The notes beneath the pieces are model-generated. The model saw only the letters and a list, made by a program, of their open reading frames with translations, searched no databases and was not told where the DNA came from. This document shows, one piece after another, positions 49,696 to 58,259 of a DNA stretch of 59,737 bases; within the stretch, counting starts at the first letter, position 1; every line of letters begins with the position of its first letter. The stretch comes from a virus (Duplodnaviria > Caudoviricetes), in IMG/VR virus record IMGVR_UViG_3300025889_000127, positions 1-59,737 of that record; one strand, given 5' to 3'. Position numbers and translations under genes: made by a program.

Positions 49696-52600
49696 TTATC
49701 TCCGTCTTTGACGTTTTCCACGATTTACTTTAGGTTTGTTGCTTTTTCTTTTCTTTCCCTTGGGATAGACAGGCTTTGCACCCAGTGGAAGCGAGTATCC
49801 GCCAACAGCACCACCAGCCATCGTGCTCATCTCTTCAATAGCATCATCAATTAAGTTGTCCAAACTCTCTTCCTTTTTTGTCAAAGTATTCCAGAGAGCA
49901 TCAGCATCTGCACTTGGCGGAACATAAGATAAGAAAGTTTCTCTGTCACCATCGTTAATAGCTTTTCTCATATCACGAGCACTGTAAACAATACCGCCTT
50001 CTGACTGAACTGGGTCTTCAACGATGTCATCAACTGTTACACCTGGGTTGTGCTTGTCAGCATATTGTTGTGCTCTGTTGAAGCGAGTGTCGCCAACATC
50101 CTTACTGCTCTTCACTAGAAGAACTGTGTCGCCTTCTTTAGCAGATTCAGGATCAGCTACAAACTCATAGACGGCTTGTACGGGGCTTCTGTAGTCTGCA
50201 ATCTTTGCAGTGATGTTTGGCTCACCATTCTGAAGATAGGTTTCCCAGATTTTGAGAGACTGTTGATTGCTGACTTCTGGGTAATCGACGGGAGAAATAA
50301 GAATAATAACTTCATCAACATCAGGACGCTTAGCAATCTGATTTACATAATCAAAGTGACCTCTGTGAGGTGGTTTGAACTTCCCTGGGAAAAGAGCAAC
50401 TCTTCTACCTTCTGCTTCGGTGATGATCTTGTTATGATCTAGGGACTCTTGTTGTGTGGAAGCATCAGCTACCTGTTGTGTCATTTCTCTGCCGATAACC
50501 TCAGAGTCTTTGATGGCTTCTGTACCAGCGTTGATAGCCTGGCTTCGATCACCGTAAGTGAAATAGTTATCAATGTTTTCAGACAGTTTTTTGGTAGCAT
50601 CAAAGATATCTTCAACGGACTTGCTTAGCTGGTCCATATGTTGTGTAGCTATTTTTACGATTGTTTCAGGAGATACAGGTAGGTATCCAAGCTTACCCCA
50701 CTGAGAAATGTCTTTGGTTTTTGGTAAACGACTATAAGTTACAGACCATTGCTTTCCGCCTGTCTTTCCTTCGTTGATCAAATACTCATTCATCAACTCT
50801 CGATTTTCTTCGATGGTAATTGTTCTTAGGTTCTCTTTTCTGACTTGTTGGTCATCATCTTGAGCAGAAACAATACCTCTTTCTTTGTCGTTTAGTTCTT
50901 TTTCTTTGCGAGCCTTATCAAGGTCTGTTTCTCTTTGTTTTGCGTTATATCCATTTGTGCGCTGATACACTCGGTACTGTTCTTCCCAACTGTTTGCCTT
51001 TTTTAGTTCTTCTAAAGTGCTGGTATATGGCTCATCACCAATCCCAAGAATAGCATTAGAAGTTTTATCTTGTTTTCCTGCTGACAGCAATCCGAATATA
51101 TTATCCCTTGTGAACATAAACTTTTCTATGGATATCTCATCGCCAAGCTTCCTAGCGACGATATACAACATACCATTTTCATATTCATTTAGGGCATCGA
51201 TAAGGTTTGTGTAACTGCCGTGGATGTCACCTTTTTCCCTGAGAAGTTTCAAACTGACAGGTACTTCATACTCTTCGCCAAGATCTGTAAAAGCAATCAA
51301 ATCCTGAATCGGAAGATTTCCTTTTGCTGTTATTGGGTCTGATTCTTGTTTACCGCTAAGCATTGCGGCAAGGAACCCCTCAAATACAAATCCTGCGGCA
51401 GAAGAAGAGAAGCTGTGAATAACAGCACTCAAGGACTCTAGCATAATAAGAGTGCTAATAATACGCCGTGGAGATGTCATCTTAGATTCAGAAGATGCTC
51501 TCCTCATAAGATCTTTTAGTCTCTCTTCAATACTTGCTCCACCTGAAATAGTTGAGAATATCTTTTGAACCTGCTTCCTCTCCATAGAATCAGGCTTACC
51601 CCAGTTTTCTGTTGGAATAAACTTAGGGAGCGAGAGAACAAACTTTTTAGCTCGATCAGCCTTAATGTTAGCTTCATCCTCAGTTAATATATTCTTACGA
51701 GGCTGAACGCTCTCATTTGTCATAGGCTTCGTACCCATTCCATACTTAAACATCCCAAGGATCTGATTCAATGGAGCAAAGTTACCTGAAAACTTATATG
51801 TGTGACCGTTGTAGTCAAAGACAACAGCCTCAACAGGAGTTGTTATCTGAGAGAAGTCTTTTATTTTGTTTAGGTGCCTTTGCATTACTTCCATAGCAGC
51901 AGGATCTTCTGCACCTCTGGCTGTGATTTCTCTCACAGCATTTGCCAACTCTTCCTTGAGTCGCATAACTTCAGCGCTTGTATCAGCGATGAATACACTG
52001 TCAAGACCTTTTAGGAGTTCTACAGCAAAGTCGTGAACAATATTCTCAAGAGGTTCGATTGCTTGTAGGAGTAATGACTTCTTTGAAGCAATAACATTGT
52101 TCAGGTCTGCTAGATCTTCTTTGGATAATCCTTTTTTGATTGCCCTCAGACCGATGTTACCTGGGAGCTTCATCAAATAGCGGACGATTTCTCTTCTGAT
52201 GTTCTCTGGAAGTTCTGTGTCCATTCCATTTAGAAGCCTAGTAAACATATAGTCTTCCATCGTGGATTCGTCATTTAGGTTGTTGTCCGCCATCTGCCTG
52301 TTTAGGGCAGCTATTGAGCGTGAAAGTACCTCTTCATCTTCAAGTCTCTGAAGATTGATTATAGCTTTTCTAGCGAGCTTGTATTTGCTTTCAGATTTCG
52401 AAAGCTGTCTTTGCATTCTTTCAAGGGCGTCATCAATTACTTCTAGGGCACCATCTGGTATTGGATTCTTTTCGCCCGTCTCTTTGTCAAAAGCAAAATG
52501 ACCAACACCGTGGATTTTCAAAGTCTTATCATCATATTTGATAACATTTACTGATCCTGGATCATCTGGATCACCAGTAGTGCCTGGGTCCATTATCTCG

Positions 52601-52965
52601 GCATTGTACCAAATATTAGCGTCTGGTCCGAAGGCTCTGATCTTTTCTCTATCAGAAAGCGATTCAACTGCTTTTTCAAAAGCATCAAAACCATTGACAA
52701 AGGCTTTCTCTAGACCACCTCTACCAGCAAACTTCTTTGCCAATCCAACAGCATCCAAACCACCAGACTTTAGATTGCCTTTATTACGAGCGCCTTTTGC
52801 CTTACCTTCGGGAACAGAATAAGAAAGAAATAAGTTCTGACCATCTACCTTTTCTTCGGTAGAGAGTTCGGCATTAGCAGCCGCACGGATAATCTCCTTC
52901 ATTTCACCAAAAGTTAATTCTCTATTATCATAGAGATGATCCATGTGACCAGCAACGCCGCCCAT
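49696..52965 (-). CDS. Multidomain protein: ligase-like nucleotidyltransferase (KxDG) + PD-(D/E)xK-like domain + HIGH-family (cytidylyltransferase-like) nucleotidyltransferase
   Basis: EEKVDG (K39), WYNAEI, EAVVF....TYKFSG; FEGFLA...QD....SLK; ALFPGKFKPPHRGH...YSARDMRKA. Confidence 0.75.
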   Translation of the reverse strand: MGGVAGHMDHLYDNRELTFGEMKEIIRAAANAELSTEEKVDGQNLFLSYSVPEGKAKGARNKGNLKSGGLDAVGLAKKFAGRGGLEKAFVNGFDAFEKAVESLSDREKIRAFGPDANIWYNAEIMDPGTTGDPDDPGSVNVIKYDDKTLKIHGVGHFAFDKETGEKNPIPDGALEVIDDALERMQRQLSKSESKYKLARKAIINLQRLEDEEVLSRSIAALNRQMADNNLNDESTMEDYMFTRLLNGMDTELPENIRREIVRYLMKLPGNIGLRAIKKGLSKEDLADLNNVIASKKSLLLQAIEPLENIVHDFAVELLKGLDSVFIADTSAEVMRLKEELANAVREITARGAEDPAAMEVMQRHLNKIKDFSQITTPVEAVVFDYNGHTYKFSGNFAPLNQILGMFKYGMGTKPMTNESVQPRKNILTEDEANIKADRAKKFVLSLPKFIPTENWGKPDSMERKQVQKIFSTISGGASIEERLKDLMRRASSESKMTSPRRIISTLIMLESLSAVIHSFSSSAAGFVFEGFLAAMLSGKQESDPITAKGNLPIQDLIAFTDLGEEYEVPVSLKLLREKGDIHGSYTNLIDALNEYENGMLYIVARKLGDEISIEKFMFTRDNIFGLLSAGKQDKTSNAILGIGDEPYTSTLEELKKANSWEEQYRVYQRTNGYNAKQRETDLDKARKEKELNDKERGIVSAQDDDQQVRKENLRTITIEENRELMNEYLINEGKTGGKQWSVTYSRLPKTKDISQWGKLGYLPVSPETIVKIATQHMDQLSKSVEDIFDATKKLSENIDNYFTYGDRSQAINAGTEAIKDSEVIGREMTQQVADASTQQESLDHNKIITEAEGRRVALFPGKFKPPHRGHFDYVNQIAKRPDVDEVIILISPVDYPEVSNQQSLKIWETYLQNGEPNITAKIADYRSPVQAVYEFVADPESAKEGDTVLLVKSSKDVGDTRFNRAQQYADKHNPGVTVDDIVEDPVQSEGGIVYSARDMRKAINDGDRETFLSYVPPSADADALWNTLTKKEESLDNLIDDAIEEMSTMAGGAVGGYSLPLGAKPVYPKGKKRKSNKPKVNRGKRQRRR

Positions 52966-52966
52966 C

Positions 52967-53206
52967 TTATTTTTCCTCGTTTAAAAGTCTTAGTTGTTCT
53001 TCTAGAGAGTTGACACGCTCGTTCAAAGATCTCATGTGGCTTTTGATTGATCTTAGGTGCTCTTTAGCCACAGAGATTCTGTTTGAATCCCTCTTGTTTG
53101 TGGTTCTAATAGAAGTCACAATATCATAAAGGGCTTGAATCGAAGCAGTTGGGTCTACTTTTAGAGCCTCTTTTAATATGATAGACTTAGTTATCTTTCT
53201 TAGCAC
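52967..53206 (-). CDS. Small coiled-coil protein
   Basis: Probable GTG start at 53206 (MLRKITKSIILKE); C-terminal heptads LNERVNSLEEQL. Confidence 0.6.
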   Translation of the reverse strand: MLRKITKSIILKEALKVDPTASIQALYDIVTSIRTTNKRDSNRISVAKEHLRSIKSHMRSLNERVNSLEEQLRLLNEEK

Positions 53207-53435
53207 TTGACTTCTTCTTGTAAGAACGTTTCTTTTTAGCAGTCTTTTTCTCAGCTTCGTGTGTTTCACAAGCTTCATCTTCGCAGACTTCGTTCAGACA
53301 AGCTTCTTCAGTTGCTGCGGGAGCTTCTTCTATTACTACTGGAGCTTCAACTACTTGTTGTTCTTGAGCAGGAGCCAAACCTTTAGCAGCCCTTCTAGCT
53401 GCTCTTCTTTTTCTTCTGAGTCGTGGACTAGCCAT
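53187..53435 (-). CDS. Low-complexity basic-acidic-basic small protein
   Basis: ATG 53435 with SD GGAGG; MASPRLRRKRRAARR...EE-rich...KKKRSYKKK. Confidence 0.7.
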   Translation of the reverse strand: MASPRLRRKRRAARRAAKGLAPAQEQQVVEAPVVIEEAPAATEEACLNEVCEDEACETHEAEKKTAKKKRSYKKKSSAKKDN

Positions 53436-53470
53436 TATTATATCCTCCAAAAAGTGCACTTGCACAATAA

Positions 53471-53478
53471 TAAATAGT
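53471..53478 (-). promoter_or_regulatory. Putative late promoter ACTATTTA
   Basis: Exact motif in the intergenic gap. Confidence 0.6.
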
Positions 53479-53498
53479 TAGTAAAAATCTTCTATGTC

Positions 53499-54332
53499 TT
53501 AAACAGAGCCTGTTTGTTTAATATGAACCTGTCCGTTGATGATATCAAAATAGAATATTCCGTAATCACCGTTCTCATCAGTGCCGTTCATATACAGATA
53601 GTTGTTAGCCCCTGAGACATAAATATCAGCGTGTGTTAGTAAGGTTTCACCATCAAATCTGAACCAAGGATCATCGACTGAATCCCCGAAATCTGAGTGT
53701 GGCACTTCTGCAATGTATGTTTGCCCGTTTTTGATTGAGAACTCGAACTTGGCTGGAGCACCTTGTGTATTGGTTCCGTGTAGATATAAGTTGTTCCCAG
53801 ACCCTGATATATAAACATCAGCATTGGTCATTAGAGTGTCGCCGTCAAATAGTAGTTCAGCGTCGTCGTCAATATCAACAACTAGACCACCACCTTCAGC
53901 TATACTAGCACTTAGTAGTGCGAAGCTTTGACTGAGTGATGTATAGCTTGAACTTAGGGCGGCAAAGCTGGAACTTAGCGAATGGTGACTTGAGCTTATG
54001 GTTGCGACATTGCTGGAAACATAAAAAATACTAGAACTCAACGAAGTTACGCTAGAGGATACAGAAGAACTAAGACTGATAATCTCGGAAACATTGTTAG
54101 ATATGCTTCCGCTCAGTACCAATATATTAGCTACGTTCCCAGAAATAGATGCACTTAGGTCTGAGACTGTTGTTGTTAGTCCAGTATTCGAATCTTCTAA
54201 AATATCTAACCTTTTTTCAAAAGCAGCAGAAACAATAGAACCAGTTGCATCACTGCTATCTAAAAAATCAACGACTGCTTGTTGAAAGGCGTGATGCGCA
54301 GATACGTGCCCTAAGCCTCTAGCTTTCTTCAT
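53499..54332 (-). CDS. Fibre-like structural protein with Ser-rich heptads and a duplicated C-terminal module
   Basis: (L/I/V)SxS heptad series; two copies of FDG(D/E)TL.T.AD.Y.SG.(G/N)N.LY..GT. Confidence 0.65.
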   Translation of the reverse strand: MKKARGLGHVSAHHAFQQAVVDFLDSSDATGSIVSAAFEKRLDILEDSNTGLTTTVSDLSASISGNVANILVLSGSISNNVSEIISLSSSVSSSVTSLSSSIFYVSSNVATISSSHHSLSSSFAALSSSYTSLSQSFALLSASIAEGGGLVVDIDDDAELLFDGDTLMTNADVYISGSGNNLYLHGTNTQGAPAKFEFSIKNGQTYIAEVPHSDFGDSVDDPWFRFDGETLLTHADIYVSGANNYLYMNGTDENGDYGIFYFDIINGQVHIKQTGSV

Positions 54333-54803
54333 TTACACGATTGCCTCACCACTACCACCATCATAACCAAGCGATTTGTCGGTTAGATCTAAGCGATAGT
54401 GTCTATCGACATATCCGTAGATGTTAATAACGTTGTCGGAACTTGCTTTCGCATAGACTGTAGTGTTACCGTTATGAGGGATACCTGGATATATTTGAGT
54501 AAGTCCTGTTTCTTTTGTTAGGATAATCTTGAAAGTTAGGTTAACGTCTGTGAAGGATCCATCACCACCTATCTCGACAGTCAGAGTGTGGTTTGAAGTG
54601 TTGCTGTGATTTGAAGCCCACAAGAATATTTCATCATGAGCATAATCAGTTGCTTGATGAATTAATCTTCCAGTTGTCGGAATATTGATTGGAACACTGG
54701 ACGAATCACCAGATAAGTTAATACGACCGTGTCTTAGGGTTTTGAACTTATATGCTGTACCGTTAATATTTGGTACTGATGGTTGGTTTCCTAGTTTAGC
54801 CAT
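54333..54803 (-). CDS. Small beta-rich structural-like protein
   Basis: DEIFLWASNHS....LTVE.G...YAKAS..NVINIYGYVDR. Confidence 0.6.
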   Translation of the reverse strand: MAKLGNQPSVPNINGTAYKFKTLRHGRINLSGDSSSVPINIPTTGRLIHQATDYAHDEIFLWASNHSNTSNHTLTVEIGGDGSFTDVNLTFKIILTKETGLTQIYPGIPHNGNTTVYAKASSDNVINIYGYVDRHYRLDLTDKSLGYDGGSGEAIV

Positions 54804-54838
54804 CTTTTGGACTCCATAGAGAATGTTTTAGAATAATA

Positions 54839-54846
54839 TAAATATT
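54839..54846 (-). promoter_or_regulatory. Putative late promoter variant AATATTTA
   Basis: Overlaps the protease stop codon; upstream of SD GGAG and ATG 54803. Confidence 0.4.
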
Positions 54847-55741
54847 ACTTTCCGAACATTTTGTCTAAAGAGTGCTTCATCCTATTCATCCACTTTTCGT
54901 CGATCTGAGTCCCAGAAGCAGGTTTATTGCTTTTTTCCCAGAGATTCATTTCAGCTAAAGCAATGCTTTTCTTAAGGAATACACGAATCGCAACGAGGGG
55001 AGAGGAAAGACCAACATTCTCTATAGCAGGGTAGCCAGCGAATATCAAACCGACAATCTTATGATCTTTGTTTATGATTGCTGATCCGCTTGAGCCTGGT
55101 TTTGTTGGCAGTGTGTATACTGAGTACCCAAGTGTATGATATCCTGAGAAATATCCCTTGAAAATAAGAACTGAACCAGGCCAGAAAAGACCGTGAGGTG
55201 CAGCAAGGTTTGTCACCATCTCACCACGCTCAGGTTCTTTGTCAGCAAGTCTCAGGGTTGTCAACCTCTTATAAACATCGGAAACTTTTAGAAGACAGAG
55301 ATCAAATCTTTTATTTGTCATAACGACTTCTGCGTTATAATGCTGACCTTCTAGATCTACAACCTTGAAGGTTGATCCCTTATTCTTAATCATAATACCT
55401 TCTATGATCTGAACAGGTGGGATCTTATTTTCACAAGAGTGACCAGCAGTCATAACATAGGACACGTTATCAGATACTTCACTATGAAAGACAAAAGAAC
55501 CAGATGAAACATATCTCATATTGGCTTTTTGACACTTTCTTTCGCCTGTTTTAGGATCATTTCCACAACCCTCAAGCAAAACTGAGTGTTTTATTTGAGC
55601 AAATGCTTCTCTTGGTAGTGGCTTTTCAGACCACATATTAGAGACATTGACATTTACTGTTTTACAACCACTTGCGCAACTAGCAAGGCTGAGAAGCCCT
55701 ACGATCAGAAACTTGACGTAAAGTGATGTTTTTTTCTTCAT
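54845..55741 (-). CDS. Trypsin-like (S1) serine protease, probable lipoprotein
   Basis: Catalytic triad TAGHSC / FDLCLL / PGSSGSA; signal peptide ending LLSLASC. Confidence 0.9.
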   Translation of the reverse strand: MKKKTSLYVKFLIVGLLSLASCASGCKTVNVNVSNMWSEKPLPREAFAQIKHSVLLEGCGNDPKTGERKCQKANMRYVSSGSFVFHSEVSDNVSYVMTAGHSCENKIPPVQIIEGIMIKNKGSTFKVVDLEGQHYNAEVVMTNKRFDLCLLKVSDVYKRLTTLRLADKEPERGEMVTNLAAPHGLFWPGSVLIFKGYFSGYHTLGYSVYTLPTKPGSSGSAIINKDHKIVGLIFAGYPAIENVGLSSPLVAIRVFLKKSIALAEMNLWEKSNKPASGTQIDEKWMNRMKHSLDKMFGK

Positions 55742-55748
55742 AATAAAG

Positions 55749-55774
55749 TAAGTATGTTCCGCAGATACTATTTA
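55749..55774. promoter_or_regulatory. Back-to-back putative late promoters: CATACTTA (minus, 55749-55756) and ACTATTTA (plus, 55767-55774)
   Basis: The motif switches strand exactly where gene orientation diverges. Confidence 0.6.
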
Positions 55775-55819
55775 TCCTCAGTAAATCAAATAATGATTTT
55801 CATTTGCGAGGAATAAAAA

Positions 55820-56074
55820 ATGAAGTCTAGTGTTCTACTATTCGGAGCTTTATTGTTCTCTAGTCCAAATCTAGACTTCCCTGTCGTATGGGAAAAGATC
55901 GAAGGTAAATGGTCATACGTCGGTGAAGTCAAAGAGAAGACTCAAATCTTGTTTTGGCTGGAGAAAGAGACAAAAAGCCCAAATAAAAATCTACATACTA
56001 AAGAGATAAAGAAGATGCCTTTCATCACTTTGTCACCAAAAGGGGAGGTAGTTGATATAGAGCCTCTCCGCTAA
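55820..56074 (+). CDS. Small secreted or membrane hypothetical protein
   Basis: SD GAGGA; hydrophobic N-terminus MKSSVLLFGALLF. Confidence 0.65.
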   Translation: MKSSVLLFGALLFSSPNLDFPVVWEKIEGKWSYVGEVKEKTQILFWLEKETKSPNKNLHTKEIKKMPFITLSPKGEVVDIEPLR

Positions 56075-56083
56075 GGAGAGCTT

Positions 56084-56563
56084 ATGTTCAGTATCCTCGT
56101 ATCTTCAAAACGAAAAGAAATACTTCTTGTTTTACTAGCGCTTTCAGGCGCAGTTTCATACTACTACTATGCTATGGCGAATATTGAGTATCCGACCATA
56201 ATCGCAAAGAAAAGTACTTTCTATACTCCAGGACAACACGACAACTGCAAGTGGGTTATCCACATCAGTGATGAAGTGACAACATTTCCTGGAGACACAT
56301 CATCCGCACAAATAGGGATTCCAGAAGTCATTAAGGATGGCTACATTTCTGGAATCTTGCAGAGTGGTCCAGGAAACTCTTTATTGTTGGCTTTCAGTAT
56401 GCCAAACCAGCCACCATCTTCTCCACCATTGATTATGACCTCATCATATGAAAAGGATAAGCTACCACTTCACACAATGAAGTTCAGAGTTTTCAACAGC
56501 ACTGCTTTGTCTATGACATTGTACTCAACATATGAAGAATGTATTCAGGCTACTATGAAATGA
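56084..56563 (+). CDS. Membrane-anchored hypothetical protein
   Basis: SD AAGGAG; TM segment ILLVLLALSGAVSYYYY. Confidence 0.7.
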   Translation: MFSILVSSKRKEILLVLLALSGAVSYYYYAMANIEYPTIIAKKSTFYTPGQHDNCKWVIHISDEVTTFPGDTSSAQIGIPEVIKDGYISGILQSGPGNSLLLAFSMPNQPPSSPPLIMTSSYEKDKLPLHTMKFRVFNSTALSMTLYSTYEECIQATMK

Positions 56564-57798
56564 AACGTCTTCTCTTTTTGAGTATCTTTGTTTTTTCTGC
56601 CTGCGAAGAAGATCGGCTTGTAAAGTTAGAATGCGTTCTTGGCGATAAACTCGTCTGTAACGAGTTTGGACAGAACTTTCCAGCCGTTGATCCAGCCGAC
56701 ATCCCAGAGAGAACAGGTCAATGCTCTTATGGAACGAGAACCTGTACAATAAACGGCTGGGGAGAATGTGAGGGAGCAAAAGGACCAGAAGAAGAAGTTT
56801 GTGATGGGATTGATAACGATTGTGATATGACGATCGACGAAACCTACCCAGAAGAACATCAACTTTGCGGGTTCCAAGAAAATATAGACTACGGAGTTGG
56901 TATCTGCAAGCCAGGTGTTATGACCTGTTATAACGGCGTTCTGTATTGTGATGGTCACGTAGGACCTGATGATGAAATCTGTGATGGCGTTGATAACAAC
57001 TGCAACGGAACTGTTGATGAGGGTATTGCTAATGCTACAGCGGTTGCCTGTTATGAAGGACCTGAAGGGACTCTAGCTGTTGGTGAGTGTCGAGCAGGCA
57101 TTCGCTATTGTACTGACGGCAACTTTGGCGGTCCTTGTGATGGTCAGGTTTTACCAACTGCTGAAAGATGTGATGACCTTGATAATGATTGTGACGGAGA
57201 AGTCGATGAAGGCTTTGATACCCGTGGTGTAGATTTGGTTTTTGTTATCGATATATCTGGTTCCTTCGATGACGAGATAGAGTCAATGATTTTAGGCATA
57301 ACTCCTCTTTTAGACGACCCGATAACGAGCAGATTTCGTTTTGGACTAGTTGTTGTAGGTGCTAGGCAGGGTGAAGATATAAGACCGCATAATCTATACT
57401 CTAGAATGGTCTCTGATTTTGTTCCCGCTGATGAGTTCGTGGCGATTTTGGAAGCAGGCAGAATGATTGATAGTGCTGGGCAAGAACCAACCATTGATAC
57501 AATGTACTGGGCAATGAACAGATACCCATTTTCGTGGAGACCAGAAGCACAAAAAGTTGTTATCACAATGACTGATGAAATAGCCCAGACAATCACATCA
57601 ATGACCTGCTTAGAAGTAGGAACTCACGCCGACAACTATGGATATGAGTTGTTTGTATTTGCCCTACAAGAGCATCATAGGAGTTTCTTAGATTGTGTTG
57701 GTGGGAACAGAGACAGGCTTTATAGCCCAACTGCTAACTCTGAAACAGTATTCTATCAGATTAGGGCAATCTTTGAAGACCTTTGTGTAGGTCATTGA
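56560..57798 (+). CDS. Lipoprotein with Cys/Asp metal-binding repeats (MopE-related type) and a C-terminal vWA domain
   Basis: Start ATG 56560 (ATGA overlap). Lipobox-like VFSAC. Three E.CD(G/D).DN(D/N)C...DE repeats. MIDAS VIDISGS and ITMTDE. Confidence 0.88.
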   Translation: MKRLLFLSIFVFSACEEDRLVKLECVLGDKLVCNEFGQNFPAVDPADIPERTGQCSYGTRTCTINGWGECEGAKGPEEEVCDGIDNDCDMTIDETYPEEHQLCGFQENIDYGVGICKPGVMTCYNGVLYCDGHVGPDDEICDGVDNNCNGTVDEGIANATAVACYEGPEGTLAVGECRAGIRYCTDGNFGGPCDGQVLPTAERCDDLDNDCDGEVDEGFDTRGVDLVFVIDISGSFDDEIESMILGITPLLDDPITSRFRFGLVVVGARQGEDIRPHNLYSRMVSDFVPADEFVAILEAGRMIDSAGQEPTIDTMYWAMNRYPFSWRPEAQKVVITMTDEIAQTITSMTCLEVGTHADNYGYELFVFALQEHHRSFLDCVGGNRDRLYSPTANSETVFYQIRAIFEDLCVGH

Positions 57799-57801
57799 TC
57801 A

Positions 57802-57888
57802 TCAATCTATATCTATTTTAGATGGCTTCATATTAAATGGATGCAGGAACTTGTTCTTGAAGTCTACTCTGCCTCCATATTCGCCCAT
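57802..57888 (-). CDS. Candidate 28-aa small protein MGEYGGRVDFKNKFLHPFNMKPSKIDID
   Basis: SD GGAGG at 57893-57897, 4 nt before the ATG; fills the gap between convergent genes. Confidence 0.35.
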   Translation of the reverse strand: MGEYGGRVDFKNKFLHPFNMKPSKIDID

Positions 57889-57932
57889 ATTTCCTCCAAA
57901 GACAATGTTTTCATTTTCCTCAGGAGGGTTTT

Positions 57933-58259
57933 CTACTTTTTTGTTTTTTTAGCCCTCTTTTTTGGCTCTTCTTCTGTTTCTTCTGAGGTCTCTTCGATCT
58001 CTTCTTTGATGAGGGTTGCGATGCCTTCTAGTTGATTACAGGATTTTCTAAGGGTTTCTATGTACTCTTCCATTGATTCTAGAGCTTCTTCAGCGTTACC
58101 ATCAACAAGATGCTGCTGCATAGGGCTGGAGTTTCCATTGTGGGCTTTCTCAACTCTATTCAAGGCTACCAAAGTCATATACCTAAGAGAAACTAGCAAG
58201 TCTTCTTGATATACTTCTAGAGTTATTTCTTTCTTATCCCATTTGTTGTCAGTTGTCAT
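57933..58259 (-). CDS. Hypothetical protein (108 aa)
   Basis: ORF track; ATGA overlap with the upstream gene; SD GGAG. Confidence 0.7.
   Translation of the reverse strand: MTTDNKWDKKEITLEVYQEDLLVSLRYMTLVALNRVEKAHNGNSSPMQQHLVDGNAEEALESMEEYIETLRKSCNQLEGIATLIKEEIEETSEETEEEPKKRAKKTKK

Noticed and set aside
360-55741. Many plus-strand ORFs in the track (e.g. 360-935, 3519-3896, 21580-21990, 40886-41257)
   Set aside because: They are antisense shadows of long minus-strand genes and show no recognisable motifs.
56525-57596. Minus-strand ORFs 56525-56779, 56626-56958 and 57144-57596
   Set aside because: They are antisense to the well-supported plus-strand Cys-repeat/vWA gene.
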